In this document: in pieces, positions 39,861 to 52,150 of the stretch
Layout of the letters: the number at the start of each line of letters is the position of its first letter
Position numbering within the stretch: the first letter of the stretch is position 1
Assembly (NCBI RefSeq): GCF_006345805.1
Contig: NC_043001.1
Span: forward strand, 26,350,001 to 26,414,000
DNA length: 64,000 bases
Source of the DNA: Octopus sinensis
Lineage: Eukaryota
Direction of reading: 5' to 3'
Program-made: the position numbers and the translations under genes
The notes under the pieces: generated by a model
What the model was told of the DNA's origin: nothing
What the model saw: only the letters and a program-made list of their open reading frames with translations
Database searches by the model: none

Positions 39861-40310
39861 TGACAGAAGTATATAGACACCTCATAAAACATTGTTTTAT
39901 GTTTATTCTAACTTGTAATCGTTTATATTTTTTATTAATGGACAATTTTAGGTTTCAGGTTCTATATGTGACTGTTTAATCATACCATTATATATATGAG
40001 CATTGCTGATAGGAAGGGCATCTAGCCATAGAAAATCTACCTAAATATTTCCATTTGACCCATGCAAGCACAGAAAAGTGAACAAATGATAATGATGAAC
40101 ATGATTGTAATCATGATCATATTCAAAAGAAGTTTTAATTATAACTTTATTTTAAGTTTATTCACTTGTTGCTTACACCCCATTCTGAAGTAACCCATAT
40201 CTCACCAAAATATAGCCACACCCCACTGATACAGAAGATTCACAACACTTATATACTTAATTGTTTAAGTTCACCACACAAGTGATGCATCCCTTTCAAA
40301 AAAGCAACAA

Positions 40311-40769
40311 CATAGTACCGGTGGCACGTAAAAGAACCATCCGAACGTGGCCCTTCCCTTTTTGGGACACAAAACTCTGCTTGCGAAGACCTGTTGAGGC
40401 AACTGAAATCGAAATCAATCAAAAATCAATGGAAATTGCAGTTGTGATACCAGTACCGATGGCACGTAAAAGAACCATCGGGACGTGGCCGTTACCAGCG
40501 CCGCCTCAACTGGCCTCTGTGCCGGTGACACATAAAAAGCACCAACCGATCATGGCCGTTGCCAGCCTCGCTTGGTACCTGTGCCGGTGGCACATAAAAA
40601 GCACCCACTACACCCACGGAGTGGTTGGCGTTAGGAAGGGCATCCAACTGTAGAAACACTGCCAAATCAGACTGGGCCTGGTGCAGCCTCCTGGCTTCCC
40701 AGACCCCAGTCGAACTGTCCAACAGATGCTGGCATGGAAAGCGGATGTTAAATGATGATGATGATGATA
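40311..40769 (+). mobile_element. RTE LINE 3' UTR and tail
   Basis: gcgaagacctgttgaggcaa block shared with 45545; modules; (GAT)n. Confidence 0.88.
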
Positions 40770-41480
40770 GTAGGTTAACTATTCATTTTCATTAAAAAGG
40801 CTTTTATAAGGTCTAATAGTATTAAAGATGCTTCTATAAGCCACAACCTATTTTTTATGGTTTTGCTTTTTGTTGTTGGATTTATTTTTTTTCCATCTAC
40901 ACCCTTATTTATAGTTGCATGTTATCAGTAAATATGTTTACAAAGAACACTATTCCCAGGATACAAGTCAGTTCTTTGATAACAAACATCCAGATTAGGT
41001 TGGATGTTGATAAGCAGTTTGGTAGCTTATAATTCTGTGTTCAAATCTTGTTAAGGTTAACTCTCATTCTTTTCATGACATTAAAGTAAATATCACAGCA
41101 TCTATCTTATTAGATAGAACAAATACCAATAGCCCACTCATTCATTTCTTGAGATAAAATATCTTCATTCATAAAACTAGAGAAAGAGATCAAATCATAG
41201 ATGAATGATGGAAGATTAACAGAACCATAATTCATTTGTATTTTTCTTTCTTTTTGTTTTATTTTATTCATATTATCAAACAATCTTATATGCAGGTAAA
41301 TGCCTTGTTTTAGTTTTCCATTTGATCCTTATTTTTCTTCAAGAATTCAACCAAGGCTAAAAATATCATTGTTTTGATTGTTTGAATAATTTCAATCCTT
41401 CAGTTGTTTACTTTTAAGTTTTTATTGAATTGTTTCTTAATGGATTGTATAAAACGCATCAATGATATCATCTAATATTC

Positions 41481-41893
41481 GATTTTATTATTGTCCATAC
41501 AGACGAACATAGAGGGGACAGCACAATATGATCTGGGTATCATATACAACAAATGAGTTGGTTAAAAATTTAAAAAAACATGATAACATCGAATGGGGCA
41601 CAAAAGACATTAACAAACAATGAGGACAACATGAGGTTAAAAGAAGACAGATTTGCTCTGACCCCATGAGCCCTGCCCTTTTAACCGACACCTTGCATTT
41701 CCGTTATGACATGTTCACACAGGGCCTTTCACTTCCAACATGCGTGCAACATGTGTCCATCGTTTTTGAAACACACTCTGTGACAGACACCTTCTCTCCA
41801 GCCCCACCTTTCTTTTCAGGTGAGATGTAAAAACATTTACCAAGGCGGGGCCAGATATGAAGCAGTCTATCACAAAACCTTTCATTCTCGACT
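41481..41893 (-). mobile_element. 5'-truncated Tx1/L1-like LINE 3' end with 18-bp TSD
   Basis: TSD tgatatcatctaatattc at 41463-41480 and 41894-41911; open frame 41885-41715 MKGFVIDCFISGPALVNVFTSHLKRKVGLERRCLSQSVFQKRWTHVARMLEVKGPV* (HLKRKV..ER...F.KRW resembles Tx1-type C-termini from memory). Confidence 0.65.
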
Positions 41894-41911
41894 TGATATC
41901 ATCTAATATTC

Positions 41912-42760
41912 ATCTTCCATGCTAGCATGGATTGTATGGTTCAACAGGATTCAGTGAGTTGGAGAACTGCATCAGGTTCCAAATGTTTGCTTTAGTATGG
42001 TTTCTACAGCTGGATACTCTTCCTAATGCCAACCATTTCACAGAGCATATTGGGTACTTTTTCATGGCATCAGCCCTTAAGAGGTTGCCATATAATTGAA
42101 AAGATTAAAGATCTTCCTTGACTGCTCGGGAGTATAATAGAGGTGGTGAATTCATACTAAATATCAAGAGGTTAAAATATAAAAGGAAGCGGAACAGGTT
42201 TCTTTCTTAGAGAAGATATATGGTTACCTCATGTCATATAAAGGTGTCAAAGTAATATATAAAGGTATAAAGGTAACAAGGTGTCTAAGTGCACCCTTAA
42301 AGAACAAGAAGGTGAATAGAAGAGAAAATGGAAACAGAAAATCAAGATGAGAAGCAGCTGCAAAGGTGTGTGGGGAGAATGTTATAGGTGAGGGTCAAGG
42401 TGAATGTAGTGAATGGTGAACAAGGGCAGCCGAGCAGTTGATGGTAAATATAAGTTAGAGGGAAGGTAGAGGAAGGAGGTGATGACTGACAGTAGAGAAA
42501 GCATGAAAAGCATCAGAATGATGTAGTAGACAGGAGAAGGATAAGAGAAGAGATGACATGTAGGTAGTGGGTGGGTAAAAGTGAGACATATAGTGATATG
42601 TGGTCAGAGGTACAAGGAGTGAGTCAATAGGAATGGTTCAAGGGAGAAGGAGCAGTAATTGATACCACAGAGAGGGTAACCAATGGAAAACATGAGTGGG
42701 AATAGATGCTGTTAAGAATGAAGGCTGGATGTCAAAGGAAGTGGTACCAGAAAACAAGAG
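41912..42760 (-). mobile_element. Old element with RTE-type tail and long purine-rich (plus strand) body
   Basis: Tail at 41912-42080; body motifs shared with 12365-12722 and 47560-48100. Confidence 0.5.
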
Positions 42761-42873
42761 ATAGCATAGAAAATACTTCTTTTTATACTAAACCCATTGT
42801 AGTGAAGAATTTTGCAATGCAATATATATTTGACAAGGAGGAATTATGTACATTATTTATAATATTAGCAATT

Positions 42874-43015
42874 GGCGCAGGAGTGGCTGTGTGGTAAGTA
42901 GCTTGCTTACCAACCACATAGTTGGGCAAGTGTCTTCTACTATAGCCTCAGGCCGACCAAAGCCTTATGAGTGGATTTGGTAGATGGAAATTGAAAGAAG
43001 CCCGTCGTATATATG

Positions 43016-43046
<31 letters not shown>

Positions 43047-43262
43047 ATGTTTGTGTGTCTGTGTTTGTCCCCCTAGCATTGCTTGACAACCGATGCTGGT
43101 GTGTCTACGTTGCCGTCACTTAGCGGTTCGGCAAAAGAGACTGATAGAATAAGTACTGGGCTTACAGAGAATAAGTCCTGGAATCAATTTGCTCGACTAA
43201 AGGCGGTGCTCCAGCATGGCCGCAGTCAAATGACTGAAACAAGTAAAAGAGTAAAAGAGAGA
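42874..43262 (+). mobile_element. SINE family A, near full length
   Basis: ggcgcaggagtggc...gtaaaagagtaaaagag; short deletion in the head. Confidence 0.9.
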
Positions 43263-43264
43263 GT

Positions 43265-43383
43265 AATTGATGGATATTTGTCCTCATCTTGTTTGTTTCC
43301 CTAAGACACCTGATGAAGGCTGGAGGGTATATCAGCCGAAACGTATTAACAACAAACAAGATGAGGATAAATATCCATCAATT
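43265..43383 (+). ncRNA. Penelope-type hammerhead ribozyme core in the loop of a 33-bp foldback (stem I appears broken in this copy)
   Basis: CTGATGA(43310-16)-a-ggctg[gagggtatat]cagcc-GAAA(43338-41)-c-gta; arms 43265-43297/43351-43383 with one G.T. Confidence 0.7.
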
Positions 43384-44049
43384 GTAAATAATGTAAATAG
43401 ATACATGCACAAACCATGTAATCTAATCTAATTTCGTACAATGTGTCCGAAATGTTACAAATGAAGTTGATTTTACTTAATTACAACATATTAGTAACTA
43501 CTCAGATGCAGAAAAATTTTGTATAAGTTTCTTGCAAACTGATATGGTTCTCTGTTACATGTCTGCTTCTTTGCAGCAGCCGCAAACTACCTGATCAGCC
43601 TCAATGAAATGATTCCTTGTTTTAAAGATAGTGACGGATCTTTAGTTTGAGGCATAGTGAAAGAAAAAACTTTAAACCTGCTTAACAAGTCAGTTTTTAT
43701 ATGAATCTTTCGAAAGCATATCAGAGTAAACAGTGAAACTAAATAGGCTAAGAGCTAAACTCAAAATAAATTCCAAAGGATAATTATAAAGAAAAGGAAA
43801 AAGAAAAAACAAACAAGTAAAAATAAATTGGGTTAATTAATGTTTCTTCATATTCGTGGACACTTGTATATTTTTGTTAATTAGGCAACATTTAGATTGG
43901 TAAATAAGTATAGAGCTTATATTTTCTATTTATTTTTTTAATTCTAACAGCAGGAACAAACTAACAGGATTAAATTACATTAGGGACCTAATGTAGAAAA
44001 GCAGTAAAACCTATGAAAATAAAGATGTGTAAGTGAAATCTAAAGAAAA

Positions 44050-44269
44050 TTTTAAACTGGCCATATCTGGCTCAAATATTCTAACTGTTTTATGTTCAAA
44101 GTGGCCAAGTCTAGCCTCTTACGCCTACCCTACAAAGTCATTTGAAAATCACAAAATAAACAATCACACAATTGAAATATTGAAGCGACGAAATAAGCTA
44201 TGATTAATTCAAAACAATGTAAATAAGCATTACATTTGAGAGAGAGCAATCTGAATGCTAAAGGGTTAA
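44050..44269. mobile_element. piggyBac-type MITE, left TIR lost
   Basis: Ends ctgaatgctaaagggttaa; body as 14255-14890. Confidence 0.65.
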
Positions 44270-45144
44270 AACACTGTTTCAAAAGTAGAAATAGTATCAA
44301 CATAAATTTGTAGTATGTCTGTGTGTCCCACCAGAAACCAATTGAAAAAGCTTACAATTAACGTGAAACTATAGTGGTAAAAGAGGGGAGGGAGTAAGAG
44401 AAAGACAAGAAAAAAGTTGACAGAAAGAGAAAGCGTGAAAACTAACTTTTCCACTAAAGGAAGTTTAGAGTGAAGTAATGAGAATTGATGAGAGAGAAAT
44501 ACAGTGTAGGTAAACAAATTATATTGCACATACATACACATAAATAGAAAACTATACAATCTGTCAAGAGATTACATGCCATACAAAAGCACAAATGCAC
44601 TTATGTTAACAGATACCTTTCACCCACGCATACATATACAGATCTATATATATTTTGTCAACAGATGACCTACAACAAGCACAAGCTGATATATATATAT
44701 ATATATATTTTATATAAAATGAACTGTGTCACCTCTTAATGAAGTGTTAGATCACTAATGAAGGCTGAGTATTTTGTTTAATCCTACATGTTTACCACTT
44801 TCCTTCTGCTTATTACCCATTAATAAAGAGGCCTACTGTCACTATCATGTAGATCTCCTCCATCACCTCAAAGTGGGCATGGACAGCTGACAGAAAAAGA
44901 GGAAAAAAAAGTATGAAAAGGCAAGAGAAAAAGCTAGCATGAGAGAATAAAGAAAATAAAAAGCAGGGAGTGAAATGAGGGTGAAACAAGTGCAAGAGGA
45001 GATATGACAGAGACATATTATAAGTTAATATTACATTTATATGAGTGTGTGTATGTGTGTGTGAGCAGCAGTGGTGGCTTTCTCTCATGTCCAAGAATTT
45101 AGTTTCTTCTTTGCTAAACGGTTCCTATATGGTGTGTGTGTGTG

Positions 45145-45952
45145 TGCTCCGATGGATGTGTAATGTCAGTGTACTTACTCGACAGAGCGTTAGTACCTTG
45201 AGAGAAATGTTGTACCTAAGAAGCATCAGTTGTGGTGTGCAAGAGAGACGATTGCGCTGGTATGGTCATGTGGCGAGAATGGATGAAGATAGGTATGTGA
45301 GAATGTGCCAATCCCTAGCAGTTGAGGGAACCCGTGGAAGAGGTAGACCCAGGAAAACCTGGGACGAGGTGGTGAAGCACGACCTTTGAACTTTAGGTCT
45401 CACCATGGAAATGACTAGAGACCAAGACCTATGGAAGTATGCTGTGCGTGAGAAGACCCGGCAAGACTAGTGAAGCCATAACCCGTGGCCCCTACCTGGG
45501 ATGTAGTCAGTCCACCTGTGCATACCTTCCTTCTTGTGACACTTGCGAAGACCTGTTGAGGCAAGTGAAAATCAAATCAAACCAAATCAAAATAGATGAA
45601 CATCAATGGAATTTGTATCTATGTGGTACCAGTGCCGGTGGCACATAAGAGAACCATCCGAACGTGGCCGTAGCCAGTGCCGCATCGACTGGCCTCCGTG
45701 CTGTGGGCACGTAACAAACACCATCCGATCGTGGCCGTTTGCCAGCCTCGTCTGGCACCTGTGTCGGTGGCACATAAAATCACCCACTACACTCTCGGAG
45801 TGGTTGGCGTTAGGAAGGGCATCCAGCTGTAGAAACACTGCCAGATCTGACTGGCGTAGTGCAGCCTTCGGGCTTCCCAGACCCCAGTTGAACCGTCCAA
45901 CCCATGCTAGCATGGAAAGCTGATGTTAAACGATGATGATGATGATGATGAT
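45145..45952 (+). mobile_element. 5'-truncated RTE LINE (ORF2 C-terminus, 3' UTR, tail)
   Basis: LRWMCNVSV...RRLRWYGHVARMDED...GRGRPRKTWDEVVKHDL* then ...DQDLWKYAVREKTRQD*; modules; (GAT)n. Confidence 0.93.
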
Positions 45953-46215
45953 ATATATATATATACACATATATATACACATATATACACACATATATAT
46001 ATATATATATACACACATATATATATATACACATGCATATACATATACACATGCATATACATATACACATGCATATACATATACACATGCATATACATAT
46101 ATATATATATATATATATAAGGGAAGCTTTATGAAAATAAACAAAAGACGAAGGCAGGTGGAGTACAAACAAACAGTTGTATTAGTATGGCGCTCAGGAA
46201 TATAAATAAAACAAG

Positions 46216-46253
46216 TCTTTTACGTTTCGAGCCTACTCTCTTCAACAGAAAGA
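46216..46253 (-). ncRNA. Minimal type I hammerhead-like motif (Penelope type; core variant CUGUUGA)
   Basis: Minus strand UCUUU-CUGUUGA-A-GAG[AGUAGG]CUC-GAAA-C-GUA-AAAGA: 5-bp stem I, 3-bp stem II, palindromic ACGU stem III. Confidence 0.6.
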
Positions 46254-46279
46254 TACACAGAAAAGAAACACACATATAC

Positions 46280-46640
46280 ATCATCATCATCATCATCATC
46301 ATTTAGCGTCCGCTTTCCATGCTAGCATGGGTTGGACGGGTTAACTGGGGTCTGTGAAGCTGGAAGGCTTCGTCAGGCCCAGTCAGATCTGGCAGTGTTT
46401 CTACGGCTGGATGCCCTTCCTAACGCCAACCACTCCGCGAGTGTAGTGGGTGTTTTTTACATGCCACCTGCACAGGTGCCAGACAGAGCTGGCAAACGGC
46501 CACGAACGGATGGTGCTTTTACATGTCACCGGCACGGGGCCAGGCGATGCTGGCAACGGACATGAACGGATGGTGCTTTTACGTGCCACCAACACGGGGC
46601 CAGACAGAGCTGGCAAACGGCCACAAACGGACGGTGCATA
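46280..46640 (-). mobile_element. RTE LINE 3' UTR and tail, inverted relative to 45145-45952
   Basis: Modules with ~60-bp period (atggtgctttt at 46510, 46570; acggtgc at 46631). Confidence 0.9.
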
Positions 46641-46704
46641 CATACATGCATATACATATATATATATATATATACATACATATACATACATACATATACA
46701 TACT

Positions 46705-46748
<44 letters not shown>

Positions 46749-46972
46749 CATACATATACATATTTGCATATACATATATATATATATATATATATACATA
46801 CATATACATATATATACATATATATACATACATATACATATATCATCATCGTTTAACGTCCGCTTTCCATGCTAGCACATATATATACACACACATATAC
46901 ATAAAAGATGAGGATGATGATACATATATCATTATCATTTAATGTCCGTTGCCCATGCTGGGATAGGTTGGA

Positions 46973-47007
<35 letters not shown>

Positions 47008-47377
47008 TCATCATCCTCATCTTTTAACTCTTCTATCAAGATGCCCTATTGTAGATTGTGCTGATGGAAAGCATGCTCTCTCTCTCTCTCTCTCATCTAC
47101 TCACAATCAACATTGGTATGTCCCAGGGTTTGGTTGCTTCTACAGTGGCTGCTACCTCCTGGAGCAGGTTGGAATGCAACTTGTTTTTCTTTCTCCATGT
47201 ATCCAATCTCTAAGTCCCTCACCAATATCTATGCTTAATTGTTCCTCCTCAGAATGTTAGCCCACTAGAATTACCACCCAGCAAATATCTTTCCTGTCAA
47301 CTTACAACCATTTAAACAAAACATGAACTGCACCAATCTCTTCACATAATCACTGCCTCTTCCTCCAGCTTTAACCG

Positions 47378-47411
<34 letters not shown>

Positions 47412-47559
47412 AATCTATGTGTACATACAGACATATGCATACATATATGCACATGCCTTATGTGTAAGTGTAAATACAAATACATCTGTGTGTCCTTCTC
47501 CACGCTGGTATTTCCCACCAAATGCACCTCCACTTTTGCACATCATTGAATACATCCAC

Positions 47560-48100
47560 CTCTGCTCACTTCTCTAACCACTTGTTACTCTCCACTCACA
47601 ATTTTATGAAACTAACCCCTCTACCACCCCAAATCCAGATTGCACTCTTTCTTATGCTCACCTATCTTGAGAGTTTGCTCTGGCACAGTCACTACCTTCT
47701 TTCTTCTTCATCTTCATCTTCCAAATTTTTACTCCTCACTCTTAAAATGTGAAGTACCCTTGTATTTTCTCTATGGCAAGACACCTGTTCTTGTCACCAT
47801 CTTTTTTCTCTCAGCACCTGGCATAAAGCTTTTTCCTCTCAGCACCTGGTATATAAAGCTACTCACTTGCTTTTTTCTGTCCTTCAACTTCCTTGGCAAT
47901 ATCACTAATGCCAGTAGCACAAAAAAAATCACCCAGTACACACTGTAAAGTATTTGGCATTAGGAAGAGCATCCAGCCATAGATAACATGCCAAAGTTGA
48001 CACAGAACTAGGTATAGCCCTGCAGCTGGCCTGATCCTTTCAAATTGTCCAATCCATGCTAACAAGGAAAACAGACTTTAGATGATGACAATGACGGATG
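47560..48100 (+). mobile_element. Old element with pyrimidine-rich body and RTE-type tail
   Basis: Tail ttggcattaggaagagcatccagcc...ccatgctaacaaggaaaacagac..gatgatga. Confidence 0.5.
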
Positions 48101-49393
48101 ATGACACACACTTTTGTAGTTTTCTGCCAATTAAAATTAAAGTGTATGTACTCATATATTGTCTCGACTACGGTCGAACAATGATGAATGAATGATGAAC
48201 TCATATATTGAAATTTTTATTTTTCTTGTTTGTTCTACCAAACAGTGTGTGTGCACGTGCACACACATGCATGCCTAATTATATCTTTGAGGTCCCCGTA
48301 ATGCAACTTATGTCATTTGTATATTCAGTCAAGATATGACATTAGAATTTATGTTCACATTTGATTTCTCCTGCTAGTAGAATGTGTATTAGTTTACAAA
48401 GTCGAATCAAACATAGAAACAGGATATTTAAACTGAAAGTAAAATGCAATTTTTTTTTAAAGTAATACTTTGTTATATATCCGCTTGAAAAACTGCACAT
48501 CATTTCTCCAGTTAAACAGTTGGGATATATATCTTTTGACAAACAGGCCATATCCAGCTCATGAACATTTAGACTAAACCTGTTGCTGTTTAACTCCATA
48601 TTAGCTCTGATCAAACAATTCTATAATCAAAAGTATTCTAGCAGTAATCATCAAATGTATTTCTACACCAAAGAATCATTGTTTATCTAAGAAAGTAGAA
48701 AGTAAGTGAGGAAGATTTGACTGCTATATTTTGCAGATCAGGTGACCACAAAAAGTCTCTCTTATGCTGTGGGTTGTTTTCTGATACAATGGTTAACCTT
48801 TTTATTATGTTAATTTCTTAATAATGTAGTTCAATAATAGATATGTAATGTAATATGTTAAGTTCATAATCTTAAAAATCACTTCAGTATTTTGAATAAT
48901 AAAATACAAATATATTGTTATATTTTGTAATCCTGTCAAATTTAGAATGATACTATCAATGAGGGATATAATCCATAACAAAAGGCCAGAAATGTCATAA
49001 GTAATAAAACAAATGTAATTCATTAATTAAGAATACACTTTTTTTCTTAATGGTTAAGAGACTGAAAGACCTTTCAGGGTATTCAAAACTGGTTGGATAT
49101 TCTCATATCAAAGACCAGACCTGAATACTTGTAACATAGTGAACTCCACTCCGAGGTAATCGAGACTCAGTTGTTGGTTTAAGTTTATAACTCAAGAGGA
49201 ACTTCTACACAGTTCCTGCCTACTAAATTTCACTTGCAAGGCTTTAACACAAAGCTATGGTAAAAAGTTACCTGGCCAAGGTGCCACATAATGAATCAAA
49301 CCCGAAACCATGTAGATGCCGGTCAATCTTCTTAACCACACAGCTATGCCAGTCTTCTTTATGTCATTTTATAGATAAGAAAAATATTGTAAT

Positions 49394-49622
49394 TTAACTC
49401 TTTTGATACCAACCTGCCTGAAAACACCCTAGGTTCTATGATACAAGTGCCATGTTTTAAAATGATCTAAATTAAACCTTACTTCAACATTTTATGTTAA
49501 TTTATGTACCAAACACCAGAATAATAATGACAAAGTCATTTTACAAACTTCTTTATCGTTTTCAAAAATAATTGAAAGGGAGGCAGTGTATTTCAACAGA
49601 AATATTGTCACAAAAGGGTTAA
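49394..49622. mobile_element. piggyBac-type MITE
   Basis: TTAA-ctctttt ... aaaaggg-TTAA. Confidence 0.75.
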
Positions 49623-49669
49623 TAATGCACAACTAGCAGCTTGTAAGGGGTACTGGTTAAAACACCAGG

Positions 49670-49990
49670 AGAAGGTACTGGATTATTCGACAGCATGTGA
49701 GACGACTGTTGTTATCGTTAGGCCTAACTCATCGTAAAGTCAATACCACCATGACCAATATCCAAACTACAGTGGAGAAGGCTAGCCATTGGATTTGGTT
49801 AAAAAGAGACAATGAGCGATGGCTAGAAGAATATTGAGCTTTATTTGATAACCAGCTGATCTAGCAAGCGGGGCCTCATATCAGTGAGGGGGGCCGGTGT
49901 GCATTGATGCTGTCAAGAGGTAGGCCCCGAAATGGCACGCATTCTCTCCTGATAACCCCATACACTTCCTGGCTTCCGGTATGCAGAGTT
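49670..49990 (+). mobile_element. 3' remnant of a restriction-like-endonuclease (Hero-like) non-LTR retrotransposon
   Basis: Frame ending 49837: VRRLLLSLGLTHRKVNTTMTNIQTTVEKASHWIWLKRDNERWLEEY*; the EKAS.W.WLKR motif is recalled from Hero-clade C-termini. Confidence 0.55.
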
Positions 49991-50815
49991 TTTGACTGGT
50001 AGCACTTGCATGTACAAGTTGTTTGCAAGACATCAGCATGGGAAAACATGAAATTAATTTTATATAAAACAAAATACTCAAAATATATCCAAGAATCAAA
50101 ATTTATAGCATTAAGTCACCTCAGTAGTATTTAATAACATTAAAATGCTTGTTGTCATATTATCAACAATAATCTAGAAATAGCACCATCCCTTATTATA
50201 ACTTTACTAAAATAAAAATACTAACATTTTTAACAATAACACTTGAATAAGACTATAATAATCAACAAGTAAAGCTATAGTTTCTAAATGAATAAAAATT
50301 ATATTGTCCGTAGAAGTGCTTCACATGCATAACTACCCACAAAGTCGCCACATGTGTAATCAATTACTACACATATCAAGATAAAATTATCAACATTTAG
50401 CAGTAAGCTTTGTGATAAAATCTAGTTCAAACATCACAACTAGACAGATACTTTTAGCTTACTCTGAGGAATTCTACTAATGTGGAAAAGCTGAAACATA
50501 CAACGAGCCAGCATTTTGTCACTTTTTACTGTTAAGAAGTACATACAAATGAATAGTTGACACTGTTCCAGCGAAAACTTTCGTAAGAAGCAGTATGGTA
50601 ATTTGCATAAGGCTTTGGTGTAGTAATATAAGAATGGTCATAGCAAAGAAACAGCAGCTACTGCAAACTAGTCACAGAAAAGCAAACAAATTAATTTTAA
50701 GCCATATATATATAACAGTATATATACCATACGTATGCTTACATATGTGTGTGTAAAGACTACAATGCCACAAGGTATTTATGATATGGAAAATTTTATA
50801 TTTTTACTGATGTGC

Positions 50816-50982
50816 TAGTAGGCTGTGTGGTAAGTAGCTTGCTTACCAACCACATGGTTCCAGGTTCAGTCCCACTGCGTGGCACCTTGGGCAAGTGTCT
50901 TCTACTATAGCCTCGGGCCGACCAAAGCCTTGTGAGTGGATTTGGTAGACGGAAACTGAAAGAAGCCCGTTTATATATATAT

Positions 50983-51021
<39 letters not shown>

Positions 51022-51229
51022 TGTGTGTCTGTGTTTATCCCCCCAACATCGCTTAACAACCGATGCTGGTGTGTTTACGTCCCCGTAACTTAGCGGTTCG
51101 GCAAAAGAGATCGATAGAACAAGTACTAGGCTTACAAAGAATAAGTCCTGGGGTCGATTTGCTCGACTAAAAGGTGGTGCTCCAGCATGGCCACAGTCAA
51201 ATGACTGAAACAAGTAAAAGAGTAAAGAG
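50816..51229 (+). mobile_element. SINE family A
   Basis: Near-intact copy. Confidence 0.9.
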
Positions 51230-52054
51230 TATTCTAAGTTTAAAATATAAATATCAAATTAATAGCATAAGTTGTAGATACTTTTTAAAGTATAAAGATT
51301 TATAAATTATGACATGAAAACATTTTATTGGATTAAGTAAATGAAATAATGTTTGGACAATACATCTTAGATTACAGAGTATTAACTGGGAAAGTAATAC
51401 ACTAAACACAAGAATTCCTTCCATATTAGATACAACTTTGAATTAAAAAAAAAAGACATAAAATCTAAAATATCTTAAAAGAATGAAGAATAACCTGTGG
51501 AATAATAGTCAAATCTATTGTATTATAATTAGATATTGAAGAAAGTGCTAAATCATTAAAAGGGAAACCTGAGAAGGTACAAGTGATGCTAGATTCTACT
51601 ATAGTGGAAGCTGCTTAGTATAATCCTGGATAATACTATCAAACAGTTAATGTTATCCAAATTAGTGTATCTCAAATATGCTCAGAAATTTGTTAGACCT
51701 TCTACTTAATCTTATTAGCCAGTTATTGTTATCTACAAGGCTTAATCCTTAAGTGATAAAAAAAAAAGTGGCTTCCATAGTATTTGGCTAAAATCAAAAA
51801 TATAAAATAAGATATATGCATAACAAAATAATGCTAGGAAAATGCAAACATAAACACAGTAGTTCTTTTGGGTAAGATAAAGAATTACAAGGCACAACAG
51901 CTATCTAAAATATAACCAAAATATTCATAGATAAATAACTGAGTGGAAAACCTAAAATTAACTAAGTGCTTTCATGGCTTTATTCACTAGCAAAGTTAGT
52001 AGATACAGGTGACATGGCTTTCACTGAATTAATGGGAAAAGAGAAAATTAGAAA

Positions 52055-52150
52055 TCATCATCATCGTTTAACGTCCGCTTTCCATGCTAGCATGGGTTGG
52101 ACGATTTTGACTGAGGGTTGGCGAGCCAGATGAGCTGCACCAGGCTCCAA
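52055..52150 (-). mobile_element. RTE LINE extreme 3' end
   Basis: catcatcatcgtttaacgtccgctttccatgctagcatgggttggacg. Confidence 0.85.
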
